A stretch of 40,853 nt of DNA from Verrucomicrobiales bacterium (GCA_031411295.1 JANOAV010000095.1:1-40853), one strand, 5' to 3'. Counted from the first letter of the stretch, positions 1-8,933 are shown. The notes: generated by a model not told the origin, from the sequence alone. Numbers and translations are program-made.

Positions 1-117
1 CCTGCCGGGATGCGGTCATTTCGTTGGGATACCGGGGGTATCGCTATCGCTCAACCCCCGGCTAAAATCTGTGATCCCTCCGGGATCACCTCATCTTGAA
101 CGCAGCTTAGAATTAGT
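1..117. mobile_element. Right half of a MITE/REP-like palindromic element (copy of 8607-8721)
   Basis: 1-113 aligns nearly base for base with 8607-8718. It ends in TCATCTTGAACGCAGCTTAGAATTAGT, the reverse complement (2 mismatches) of 8423-8449, and abuts the stop codon of the CARF gene at 117. Confidence 0.85.
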
Positions 118-1418
118 TATTTAGAAGTGCTCTGGTTGCGGGGCTTTTTTGCGCTTGGTTTCGGCCTTGAAAGGGCTGCATTTAACTCTGGCGCAGGCAC
201 TGAATCCTGGATGGAAATGGAACTGGGATCTAGGCAAAGCCGCAAATAATGACCTTTGGAGCAGGCCCGCTCCAGCGCCTCGCAGCCCTCCGGGTGTCGC
301 AGGGAGGCTTTCAAATCTGACCAAACTCTAGTGACTTCTCTCACATCATTGAGTTCTGCCTGGGCTTTCTGCTCCATCCCTGGTTTCTGGTTGCTTTGAC
401 TTACACACCCAAAATTGGCCCGCGTCTCCAAGACCCAAGCCCGGCAGGGTGCCCATTTTTTCAAATTCTGAAGCGGAACCTTCGTATCGCTCAGGGCATC
501 CCAGCGCTTTCTGAGGACGGGGTTGATATGCTGATGTGTGAGCGGCGGCAGATTGGCCTTTGCCATTTCTCCCAAGTTGAGGAGGAGGAAGTAGCTGCGG
601 GGTTCGAGCATGACGGATCGGCCGTTACAGGTAAAGACAGGGTGGTCCCGATACAGCGTCAGGGAATGGACGGTGCGATCCAAGCGCTGCTGAACCGCCG
701 CACGCACTCCGCTGAAAGTGGCGTGGGCCAGTTGCTCTTCCACCAGAAAGCTCCGTAGAGAGATGAAAGGCACGGGAATCAAGGTGATCTCCACGTCCAC
801 AGCCACGACGGTGGATATTTCATTTGTGACGGGATGGATGCTTTCCATGGTTTTATGTGCTTGCTGCGGAAAGTAAAACGGAACCCGCATGACTTCCTCC
901 GGCACCAACACATGATTTGCAGTGTCCTCTGGTCGCCCCACCAAGGAAAGGGCGGTCACCATGAGGGCGCTCATCGTTTTGAAGCCCCCAGCGATGGATA
1001 CGATCACCGGACCATGCGTCTGTTGTTCCAATAACTCCCGCACCATGCAGTCCGCCACGGAGGTGTTTTCCGCCTCGGTATTCACATCCGCCAACTCACC
1101 ACCGTCATGGGTAAAGACTCGGATGTTTTCCAATTTCCCTTCCTCAGCAAATACCAACTGATCTGCCCCAGCCCCCACAGCGGCCCGCAGTTCCTCCCAG
1201 CGGTTGCCGTGCGGTGTGGCCGTAGGATCCAGCAGTTGGGCATGAATGCGCTCCCGGCCCTTCGTCGTGGTCAGGGCAATGACACGGTTGGGGATAGTAT
1301 GGTGTGTTCTCCACAGTTCCCACACGGTCTCTGTAAGAACAGACGGGGACAGCCCGCACAGGGCTAGGAGGGTGGTGCAGTTACTCGAAGGCGACTTCAC
1401 GGCGGGCTTGGATGTCAT
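117..1418 (-). CDS. CARF protein, NE0113 (TIGR02584-like) family, with a C-terminal wHTH-like region and no evident HEPN
   Basis: Motifs LLALCGLSPSVLTETVWEL, VIALTT, LADVNTEAEN, SIAGGFKTM and ALSLVGRPED..HVLV match the NE0113-type CARF pattern. Confidence 0.8.
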   Translation of the reverse strand: MTSKPAVKSPSSNCTTLLALCGLSPSVLTETVWELWRTHHTIPNRVIALTTTKGRERIHAQLLDPTATPHGNRWEELRAAVGAGADQLVFAEEGKLENIRVFTHDGGELADVNTEAENTSVADCMVRELLEQQTHGPVIVSIAGGFKTMSALMVTALSLVGRPEDTANHVLVPEEVMRVPFYFPQQAHKTMESIHPVTNEISTVVAVDVEITLIPVPFISLRSFLVEEQLAHATFSGVRAAVQQRLDRTVHSLTLYRDHPVFTCNGRSVMLEPRSYFLLLNLGEMAKANLPPLTHQHINPVLRKRWDALSDTKVPLQNLKKWAPCRAWVLETRANFGCVSQSNQKPGMEQKAQAELNDVREVTRVWSDLKASLRHPEGCEALERACSKGHYLRLCLDPSSISIQDSVPAPELNAALSRPKPSAKKPRNQSTSK

Positions 1419-2580
1419 AGATAAAATTGGCAGGGTGTTCTTTTAGAATATAACCTGTGGGAACCCACTGCACCAGGGTTTCCAAGTGGGCGGTCTGAAG
1501 TGCCGCCGCAATACTACAGATGGCGAATCCTCCGGTAAGATCCACCAGAGTGCGCTCCGCAGGCTCATGGGCGGAAGCCATGGCTTCTTCCAACGCCTCC
1601 CTCACGCGATTGATTTCATGGAAGGGCATCACGGTCTGGTAATGGATGGCGGATGGGAAAAAGATCCGCAACAACTGCTTGGCAGTCTCCAAATATTCTG
1701 GTTCGGAACCGATCAGGGTAATCTTCGGCACCAAGCCCAGGTTCTTCGTCGTGAACGCGCGGAGGAGTTGGAGCCAATTCACGAAATTAAAAGCTCCACT
1801 CGCAGCGCTCTGGAGGGTGGAAATAGCCTCGGTTAGCGCTGCCGTCACAGCATCCAGGGAATAGTCTGCGGGACCATGGATTGTAACCGTGGGAGGAGGT
1901 GCAACAGGTCCGTTGGTGGCAGCACCGGGCTTCGGCAACAGGGTGAAGGTGGCGCTGTGGGTGCCGGGGTCCACCTGCACCGAGAAGCCATTAGGCAGGG
2001 ACACCAGGGCAATGAGGTGATGCGGTGGTTCCCACGCCAGTCGCTCCTGATGCATGATTTGATCTTCCTCCACCGAAATCTCCGGCCCCTCGTCAATAAT
2101 GGCATGCTTTTTCCAGTCCACCAACCCTAGGGCGGCCGCCCCCAGCAGCAAGAGCACGCCTTCTGTCCACGTAGGCTTGCTAACCGAATGAGTGATCCCG
2201 TGCACCACGATGGCATGGCCGCCATAGGCGAACCAAGTTACCCCAATCACGGCTGCCAATTTAATATACCAGGGACGAGGCTCGGTCACCAGTCGCTTGG
2301 TCATCAAGTGCCTGCCCACAGGGATCAACAGTAAACCACCAGCGAGCGCCAGCATCCAAGTGACGCCATCAACCAGTTCCTCCCCACCATGGGCTGGCGC
2401 CTCATGGCCGGAGAACGAACGCAGGATATGATTGCTAAGTTCCCAAAGGGCATCACCCAACGTATGCGCGGCCACAAGGCCCAACAGGAGCAGGAAGAAG
2501 CCGCGCTTGGAAAAGTAGAAGCAGGGATTTTTCTTGGGGGTAACCCTGAGAGGGGTGATGGCAGGCGTTGGAAATGGCAT
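1381..2580 (-). CDS. Multi-pass membrane protein with C-terminal CARF domain (Cam1-like effector)
   Basis: About 4 hydrophobic helices in the first 155 aa, then LIALVS, NWLQLLRA, ITLIGS and LVDLTGGFAICSIAAAL (CARF beta-strand/GG motif). Overlaps the downstream CARF gene by 38 bp. Confidence 0.65.
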   Translation of the reverse strand: MPFPTPAITPLRVTPKKNPCFYFSKRGFFLLLLGLVAAHTLGDALWELSNHILRSFSGHEAPAHGGEELVDGVTWMLALAGGLLLIPVGRHLMTKRLVTEPRPWYIKLAAVIGVTWFAYGGHAIVVHGITHSVSKPTWTEGVLLLLGAAALGLVDWKKHAIIDEGPEISVEEDQIMHQERLAWEPPHHLIALVSLPNGFSVQVDPGTHSATFTLLPKPGAATNGPVAPPPTVTIHGPADYSLDAVTAALTEAISTLQSAASGAFNFVNWLQLLRAFTTKNLGLVPKITLIGSEPEYLETAKQLLRIFFPSAIHYQTVMPFHEINRVREALEEAMASAHEPAERTLVDLTGGFAICSIAAALQTAHLETLVQWVPTGYILKEHPANFIYDIQARREVAFE

Positions 2581-2629
2581 GGCCGTGATGAAGGAGAGTG
2601 GGTTGTTATGTTTGGCGGTGGTGGTTGGG

Positions 2630-2941
2630 CTAGTCTATCAAATCGCCTAGTGAGTAAGCTCCGCCATGATTGGCTATGACGACGTATTTGCTGAGTTTGG
2701 GATCATAGGCTGCCACGGTCTGGTAAAGATGGACAAGATGATGGGAAATGACCATGGCTACAGGCAAGGAGGCTGGGCCATTGACACGTATGATCGGCCC
2801 CCCGGCCAGTGCACCCGAAGCTTTAAGCTCGCTAAGGCGGGACTCTGCGTCACGCACAATTTGGTCGTTGGTGGCTTGGGCTCCAAAGCGAATGATCATG
2901 AGAGTTCCGTTTTCTTGCAGGTCGATGTGATAAGTGTTCAT
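2630..2941 (-). CDS. csx3: Csx3/Crn3-family CRISPR-associated ring nuclease
   Basis: 103 aa; GPIIRVNGPASLPVAMVISHHLVH...AYDPKL..YVVIANHG fits the Csx3 pattern (H..H, YDP[RK]L, VV.xH). Confidence 0.8.
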   Translation of the reverse strand: MNTYHIDLQENGTLMIIRFGAQATNDQIVRDAESRLSELKASGALAGGPIIRVNGPASLPVAMVISHHLVHLYQTVAAYDPKLSKYVVIANHGGAYSLGDLID

Positions 2942-3537
2942 AAAAATGATGCGGTAGGTGGGTTAAGGGTTTGCAGAATGAGTTGAGCCAGGGCTTGGAC
3001 GGTAGGCCGCAGGTGCAAGGTCGTATCCCCACGTTCTAGGTGGTGAATGGACCCGCGGTAAACGCCATCCGGAGCCAGGACTGGAAGCAGATCTTCTGTG
3101 CCATCGTAGTGGCTGTGAAGTTCTGCAAAAATAGTGAGGTTTAGCTCCTCACAGAAGCCTCTCCAAGGTGGTAGATCCTCCAATCTCCCCGCCATTAGGA
3201 TTGCATGTGTGGCGTGCTGGCAGATGTTTCGATTCTTGTCATCAATTCGACCGCCAATGTCGATAAAGGTGAGGGGAAGTTTGCAATTTTGAACCTCTGA
3301 AGCAAAGCGTTGCGCATGCTCATCGGTAAACTTAGATTTATAGCCGTTTTTGAGCGTTTGGGCGAGCCTTGGATTTGTGCTTGATGTTTCGTGATACCAA
3401 GCGCCTTCGCCATCTGGGCAGGCTGTAATCACGTAAGGGTAAGGGGTCGCTGGGCCAAGGGCCTTAAAGGCTTCTTTCAGAGCGAAACGCAGGCAGGATT
3501 TTCCGGAATGGGGTGCTCCCCCTAAAATGATTTTCAT
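2938..3537 (-). CDS. P-loop NTPase of the type associated with or fused to Csx3
   Basis: N-terminal Walker A GGAPHSGKS, CPDGEG.W and IDIGG motifs; start of csx3 overlaps its stop (2938-2941). Confidence 0.75.
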   Translation of the reverse strand: MKIILGGAPHSGKSCLRFALKEAFKALGPATPYPYVITACPDGEGAWYHETSSTNPRLAQTLKNGYKSKFTDEHAQRFASEVQNCKLPLTFIDIGGRIDDKNRNICQHATHAILMAGRLEDLPPWRGFCEELNLTIFAELHSHYDGTEDLLPVLAPDGVYRGSIHHLERGDTTLHLRPTVQALAQLILQTLNPPTASFL

Positions 3538-3640
3538 AAAACAGATAGCACATAAAGGTTGGTAAATTTGATTCGATTATTCCGAGATCTAAACACCGCT
3601 GTCACTGCTACGCAACACTGCGGACAATTGCGGATGAAAA

Positions 3641-4429
3641 TCAACGAAATAGTTCAACGCGACTCATCATCACGGCCTGGCCCTGAAGCAATACTCGATT
3701 TCCAGAGACGTGCATTTTGACGATGCCTCCGCGCTGGCTGATTTGCCTGGCGGTCAGGTCGTTCTTGCCGAGTTTTGTTTGCCAGTAAGGGGCCAGCGCA
3801 CAGTGCGCGGAACCAGTGACGGGATCTTCCGGCACACCTGCGTTGGGGCCGAAGAATCGGCTTACGAAATCAAACTCAGCTGAGGAGGCTACGGCCGTGA
3901 CGATGACTCCACGCACAGGAAACGCCGCCAGCAGCGTCATGTCAGGCTGTAAGCGGGCGACCGTTTCCTCATGGTCCAACTCCGCCAATAAATCGAACTC
4001 TGTGCGGTAGATGTTTTTCGTCGGAACCCCGAGCGCGGCATCCAACTGTTCCTTTCCATCCGTGGGTTCGCACGGACTGGCGGGGAAATCCATTTCAATC
4101 CAGTCGGCTTGGCGATTACAGGTCAGCCAACCGCTGAGTGTGAAGAATCTGGCAGACTGATCCACTGGCAATATCCCCAATTCCCAAAGCGCAAAGGCAC
4201 TGGCCAGCGTGGCATGGCCACAGAGCCTAACTTCTGTGATTGGGGTGAACCATCGCAAGCCAAAGCCACCTTCGCAGGGATGCAGGAAGGCCGTCTTCGA
4301 GAGATTCATTTCGCAGGCCACTCGCTGCATCCAACGCTCATCGGCAGGACGTTCCAGCACGCAGACAGCGGCTGGATTTCCGCAGAATGGCTGATCGGTA
4401 AAGGCGTCGATGACGTGCAGGGTGATCAT
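3641..4429 (-). CDS. PhzF-family isomerase/epimerase
   Basis: IDAFT..PF.GNPAAV, LRWFTP..EV.LCGHATLA and SRFFGP..GVPEDPVTGSA motifs. The conserved LSETAF reads LSKTAF. Confidence 0.92.
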   Translation of the reverse strand: MITLHVIDAFTDQPFCGNPAAVCVLERPADERWMQRVACEMNLSKTAFLHPCEGGFGLRWFTPITEVRLCGHATLASAFALWELGILPVDQSARFFTLSGWLTCNRQADWIEMDFPASPCEPTDGKEQLDAALGVPTKNIYRTEFDLLAELDHEETVARLQPDMTLLAAFPVRGVIVTAVASSAEFDFVSRFFGPNAGVPEDPVTGSAHCALAPYWQTKLGKNDLTARQISQRGGIVKMHVSGNRVLLQGQAVMMSRVELFR

Positions 4430-5553
4430 CTCCTAGTGGGCTTAGTTTGGTGATGGACAACGTTTAGCTTATCCGCGGAGAGAAATCTGGCAAGCTGGTG
4501 TAAGGGCGCATGATAGTCCATTTCCTGCGCCACACCCATCCTAACATGCAGGGTGTTCGTAGCTCGATCCATCTTGGGGTCGGCATGGCCGATGATGCGG
4601 GTGCCAGAAAGGATGGGCAGGGCGTAATAACCGCGCACTCTTTTTGCGGGTGGCGTGTAAACTTCCCAAGTATAATCGAAGTCCCAGAGGCTGCGGGTGA
4701 CTTTACGGTCGTAGATCAATGGATCCAGCGGAGCCATGAGCTGAACCTGATCGGCTGGGGCAGGGAGATCGCCAGCGGCTTGGAGCTTCGGAACAGCTTC
4801 GCGCAAACAGTAAAGTGGCGCATGCCCCTCAATGCTGACCTGGCAGACCTGATCCTCCACCAGAGCCGCATGGACCTTGGTCAGGGGAATGAGGCGTCGC
4901 TGGCGTAGCCGACCAAGAATACGCCAACGGTTAATTTCGGTTATTGTGGCTGGCTTGGCTTCGAACACGGACTCAGGTAGAATGCGCTCAGGTAGATCGA
5001 AAACGCGTCGGAATTGATCGCGTCTTGAAATGAGGACACGGCCCTGGAGGAAGAGTTTGTCCAGCGTCGTCTTCGCCAGCGTGCCGTTAGTGCCCCAGTC
5101 CGTGCGTGATCTGCCGGACTGGAGAAAGTTAGCCGAACTCAACGGCCCTTCCGCTTTAATGCGATCCAGGATTGTTTTCGCCAGCTTTTTTTGCTCAGCA
5201 TCCAGTGCGCTGCGCGAACCTGTGGACTGCCGATACCCCTTCATGGATGGTAGGAGATAGCGATAATCCTCCACGGGAAGCGCCACGAGCACGCCGAGAT
5301 AATGCTCGAAGAGAATCCGCTGCTTTTGCCCGTAGAGGGCGTGCAAAAGCCCCTCACGCTGGTAGCCTGCCACACGGTTACGCAGGATCAGATCGTGCAT
5401 GCGGCCGCAAACATCAATCGGATCAATCTGAACATAACCAAGGTGCCGAACCACTTCCTCAACGTTTTGAAATTGAGCATCCAGCATCAATGACGCTCGC
5501 AAGAAGCGACGGCAGGCTTCGGCGGTGGTGGTCAAAGATACTTGATTCCTCAT
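4426..5553 (-). CDS. YcaQ/AlkZ-like (HTH_42) crosslink-repair DNA glycosylase
   Basis: VQIDPI (QxD) motif, L.APLDPLIYDR and FDY.WEVYTPP.KR..GYY.LPIL. Confidence 0.88.
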   Translation of the reverse strand: MRNQVSLTTTAEACRRFLRASLMLDAQFQNVEEVVRHLGYVQIDPIDVCGRMHDLILRNRVAGYQREGLLHALYGQKQRILFEHYLGVLVALPVEDYRYLLPSMKGYRQSTGSRSALDAEQKKLAKTILDRIKAEGPLSSANFLQSGRSRTDWGTNGTLAKTTLDKLFLQGRVLISRRDQFRRVFDLPERILPESVFEAKPATITEINRWRILGRLRQRRLIPLTKVHAALVEDQVCQVSIEGHAPLYCLREAVPKLQAAGDLPAPADQVQLMAPLDPLIYDRKVTRSLWDFDYTWEVYTPPAKRVRGYYALPILSGTRIIGHADPKMDRATNTLHVRMGVAQEMDYHAPLHQLARFLSADKLNVVHHQTKPTRR

Positions 5554-5583
5554 CTCGGCTTTACCATTCGGCTGGGGCGAGCC

Positions 5584-6513
5584 CTAAGCCAAGGCATCCC
5601 GGCAGAACTTAATCGTCTTGGCGAGTTCCTTCATGCGGTCGGAATCGGCGGGAACTTTATATTCGAATTCGATGGTGGCTTGGATGTTCCACTTGTTATC
5701 GCGGATCAATTTCAAGACGTCCACGAGTGGGGTATCGCCTTCGCCAAATGGGGTGTTAGGGCCGTTGTTGAACTTCCGATCCTTCATGTGCACGTGGGTG
5801 ACGCGATCATGATATTTCGTGATAAACGGCACCGGAGAAGTGTTATTTCCCGCCACGAAATGTCCCAGATCGACATTCGCACCGTTAAATTTCGCCAGCG
5901 CGAAGGCCGCCTCCCAATGCTCGGGTTTGGTGGTGGCGTGACCATGATAGCCGACCATGAATTGATGCTTGTCAGCAAATTGGCCGATGCGTTTCAGCTC
6001 AGCTTCACTGTGGGAAATCTCCGTGGAAATGGCGCGACCGCCCAGCGCTTTGGCAACAGCAAAGGCGTAGTCCACTTCCGCGTCGCTCATTTTGAAGATG
6101 CCATCCACTTTGATGATCTCCATGAGCACCCCGGCGGTTTCATATTTGCTGCGGAGTTGCTTCAGCGGCTCCAGGGAAACGGTCTTGCGCCACTCGACGA
6201 GTTCCTTGGCATTCTCTTCCTTGGACTTGGATGGGCTGAGTTGCGGGATCCCAAGAAAGGCTTCCACAGGCTGCGTGCGCATTTCCAATCCGCTGACTCC
6301 GAGTTCGATGCAGTGCTTCAGGATTTCATCGGCACTCATCACGGCATTGGCAAAGCTGTAGGGGACATTGAGGCCAATTTGCACCCCGGCGACTTTGGAG
6401 TTGGGCTTAACTGCGTCCGCCGCACCTGCTGCACTGGGACTGGAGAGGAGCGCTGCGCCAGGCAGAGCGGAGAGGGCTATTTTGGTGAAATGGCGGCGGG
6501 ATGGTGAGTGCAT
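5584..6513 (-). CDS. Tat-exported TIM-barrel sugar phosphate isomerase/epimerase family protein
   Basis: SRRHF twin-arginine signal; VDLGH, HVHMKD and TIEFEY metal-binding motifs. Confidence 0.85.
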   Translation of the reverse strand: MHSPSRRHFTKIALSALPGAALLSSPSAAGAADAVKPNSKVAGVQIGLNVPYSFANAVMSADEILKHCIELGVSGLEMRTQPVEAFLGIPQLSPSKSKEENAKELVEWRKTVSLEPLKQLRSKYETAGVLMEIIKVDGIFKMSDAEVDYAFAVAKALGGRAISTEISHSEAELKRIGQFADKHQFMVGYHGHATTKPEHWEAAFALAKFNGANVDLGHFVAGNNTSPVPFITKYHDRVTHVHMKDRKFNNGPNTPFGEGDTPLVDVLKLIRDNKWNIQATIEFEYKVPADSDRMKELAKTIKFCRDALA

Positions 6514-6660
6514 GGAGGATTGTAGTTGGTAGTTGGAAAAGCTTTTTGAAAATCGGGCTCAAAGTAAGTCCACACTGGGTTGCTGGGGCCTGCCTTCGGC
6601 CTACCATGCATTCAGGTTCATGGGATTTGCAAATCCATAAATGCGCCTGATACTGGGCCA

Positions 6661-7221
6661 ATGAGTGCGTTATCAAATGCCAGTAATTTCGTTTCCGTAG
6701 TGGAGTATCTTCGTGGCGAGGAGCTTTCCGATGTGAAGCATGAGTATCTCAACGGAGTGGTTCATGCCATGGCCGGGGGGACGCTGGGGCATAGTCGCAC
6801 CGCCCGCAATATCACGTTGGCATTAGGAAATCGACTGCGCGGCAAACGATGCCATGTTTTTACCTCAGATGCCGCAGTGCATTTATCCAGGGATCAGGAC
6901 GAGCGATTCTACTATCCGGATGCGGTGGTGACTTGCGGTCCTTTCGATCCATCAGCTCGTTCCATCAAGGCTCCGGTAGTTATCTTCGAGGTGCTGTCTC
7001 CAACCACCGCCCGCACGGATCGGACGGAAAAGAAGGATGCTTATCTGGCCTGTGATTCGATGCAGCATTATATCTTGGTGGAGCCAGAGGTAGTGGAAGT
7101 CACGATCTTTTCCCGAGGCTCTCAAGGCTGGACGAAGACAGTTTACAACGAAACGCATGATGTCTTAAGCCTGCCATCGATTGAGGTTGCATTGCCGTTG
7201 TCCGAAATTTACCAAGCTTGA
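6661..7221 (+). CDS. Uma2-family (PD-(D/E)XK) endonuclease
   Basis: KHEYLNG.V.AMAGG...H, YYPD.VV.C, FEVLSP.T...DR..K..AY; start moved to ATG 6661. Confidence 0.92.
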   Translation: MSALSNASNFVSVVEYLRGEELSDVKHEYLNGVVHAMAGGTLGHSRTARNITLALGNRLRGKRCHVFTSDAAVHLSRDQDERFYYPDAVVTCGPFDPSARSIKAPVVIFEVLSPTTARTDRTEKKDAYLACDSMQHYILVEPEVVEVTIFSRGSQGWTKTVYNETHDVLSLPSIEVALPLSEIYQA

Positions 7222-7222
7222 A

Positions 7223-8407
7223 ATGGATTTAATCAACCCCGCCGACCGCTCTGAATTAGCAGATTTTTACCGCCGCACCTTGCTTGACGATGTGATTCCT
7301 TTCTGGCTGCGGCACGGAATGGATACCCAGCATGGAGGCATTTGCACCGCAGTGGATCGCGATGGGAGTCTGCTGGATACGGATAAGAGTGTGTGGTTCC
7401 AAGGGCGGGCGGGATGGATGTTTGGCTCGCTATATAACACAGTTGAAGCCCGACCGGAGTGGTTGGAGGCGGCCCAGTCTTGTGTGACTTTTTCTCGCAA
7501 GCATTGCTATGCACCGGATGGGAAAATGTATTTCAGCGTGACGCGGGAGGGGCTGCCTTTGCGCATGCGGCGGTATGTTTTCAGTGAAAGTTTTGCGGCT
7601 ATCTCCTATGCCAGCTTCGCCAAAGCCACGGGCGAGGCTTGGGCTGCGGAGGCAGCGCGCGCTGCTTTCGTGATGTATTTGAAACTGAGCTTCGAGCCGG
7701 GAGCCATGCTGCCAAAGTATGAGCCCACGCGGCCTATGAAAGGCATCGGGGCGCACATGATCGGTATCGTTACCGCTCAGGAAATGCGCGCCAACCTTGG
7801 TGACATCAGCATTTCCGGTCGCACGTGCACGGAATGGATTGATGCCAGCATTGCGGAAATTGAACGTGATTTCCTGAAACCCGAACTTGGAGTCTTGATG
7901 GAATGCGTGGCTCCGGATGGCGGTATTATTGATCATCTGGAGGGACGAATGCTCAACCCCGGTCATGCCATTGAGTGCGCTTGGTTCATCATGCTGGAAG
8001 GCCGGACGCGGAATGATCAGCGCTTGATCAAGCTTGGGCTCACGATTCTGGATTGCATGTGGGAACGCGGCTGGGATCAGGAATTCGGCGGCTTATACTA
8101 TTTCCGGGATCTGTATGGCAAGCCGGTGCAGGAATACTGGCACGACATGAAATTCTGGTGGCCGCATTGCGAAGCCATTATCGCCACCGTGCTAGCTTAT
8201 CAGCTTACGGGCGATACCAAATACGCCCGTTGGCACCAGCAAGTGCACGACTGGAGTTTCCAACATTTCCCCGACCCCGAGCATGGCGAGTGGTATGGCT
8301 ACCTGCATCGGGACGGCAGCGTTTCCCAACCCGCCAAAGGCAATATGTTCAAAGGGCCGTTTCATTTGCCTCGGATGCTGCTGCTGGCATCGCAATGGCT
8401 GGGGTAG
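7223..8407 (+). CDS. AGE-family N-acylglucosamine 2-epimerase
   Basis: DTDKSVWFQGR, NPGHAIE.AWF, MKFWWPHCE, EWYGYLHRDG and KGPFHLPR motifs; ATG 7223 lies 1 nt after the Uma2 stop. Confidence 0.92.
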   Translation: MDLINPADRSELADFYRRTLLDDVIPFWLRHGMDTQHGGICTAVDRDGSLLDTDKSVWFQGRAGWMFGSLYNTVEARPEWLEAAQSCVTFSRKHCYAPDGKMYFSVTREGLPLRMRRYVFSESFAAISYASFAKATGEAWAAEAARAAFVMYLKLSFEPGAMLPKYEPTRPMKGIGAHMIGIVTAQEMRANLGDISISGRTCTEWIDASIAEIERDFLKPELGVLMECVAPDGGIIDHLEGRMLNPGHAIECAWFIMLEGRTRNDQRLIKLGLTILDCMWERGWDQEFGGLYYFRDLYGKPVQEYWHDMKFWWPHCEAIIATVLAYQLTGDTKYARWHQQVHDWSFQHFPDPEHGEWYGYLHRDGSVSQPAKGNMFKGPFHLPRMLLLASQWLG

Positions 8408-8423
8408 GGGAGGGCGATAGGGA

Positions 8424-8721
8424 CTAATTCTAAGTTGCATTCAAGATGATATCTTATCAGATTCAAGCCGTAGGCTTGACAGAACTTAGATGGGGGTTGA
8501 ACGCTAGCGATACCCCCGGTTAGAAGCCCAAAAAAATCGCATCCCGTCAGGGATGCCAGATCAGCAGATGAGAGGATATAGCTTGGCTCGATCGTATTCT
8601 GGCATCCCTGCCGGGATGCGGTCATTTCGTTGGAATACCAGGGTATCGCTATCGCTCAACCCCCGGCTAATTTCTGAGATCCCTCCGGGATCACCTCATC
8701 TTGACCGCAACTTGGAATAAG
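8424..8721. mobile_element. ~298-bp MITE-like element with 26-bp imperfect terminal inverted repeats and internal inverted REP-like arms
   Basis: Left end CTAATTCTAAGTTGCATTCAAGATGA versus right-end reverse complement CTTATTCCAAGTTGCGGTCAAGATGA. Internal arms 8480-8560 and 8598-8676 are inverted copies (GCATCCC..GGGATGC and GGGGGTTGA..CGATACCCCC hairpins). A second copy is at 1-117. Confidence 0.75.
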
Positions 8722-8933
8722 GCCGGCCAAATTAATCGTTAACCCCCATTGATTACCAAGTGCGCGACAACTCATTTCTGATAAATTGCTGGCTTCCTGA
8801 GTCTGGTAAGTGCGGTTCATTCCGGAAATTCTTATAAAATCTTGATTTTTCATTAATTCAGGGTAGCTTTTGGCTCATTCTGTTCCATTTCATTCTTGTT
8901 ACAAAACCGAACCTCCTCCCCCCTTAATTTTCT

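Noticed and set aside
117..1418. Calling the CARF gene csm6 (HEPN RNase)
   Set aside because: No recognisable HEPN domain; it fits the NE0113 CARF plus HTH-like architecture better.
1..3640. CRISPR array or core cas genes near the CARF cluster
   Set aside because: No regularly spaced direct repeats with unique spacers and no Cas1/2/6/7/10 motifs were seen anywhere in the window.
6175..6186. GGAAACGGTCTT as the partner end of the TAAGACCGTTTCC putative IS terminus
   Set aside because: Lies inside an intact CDS more than 30 kb away; probably a chance match.
5542..6507. 321-aa plus-strand ORF
   Set aside because: Antisense shadow of the Tat TIM-barrel gene; no motifs.
8722..8933. glmS ribozyme upstream of glmS
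   Set aside because: I could not find the conserved ribozyme core; the structured sequence further upstream is explained by the MITE-like repeat.
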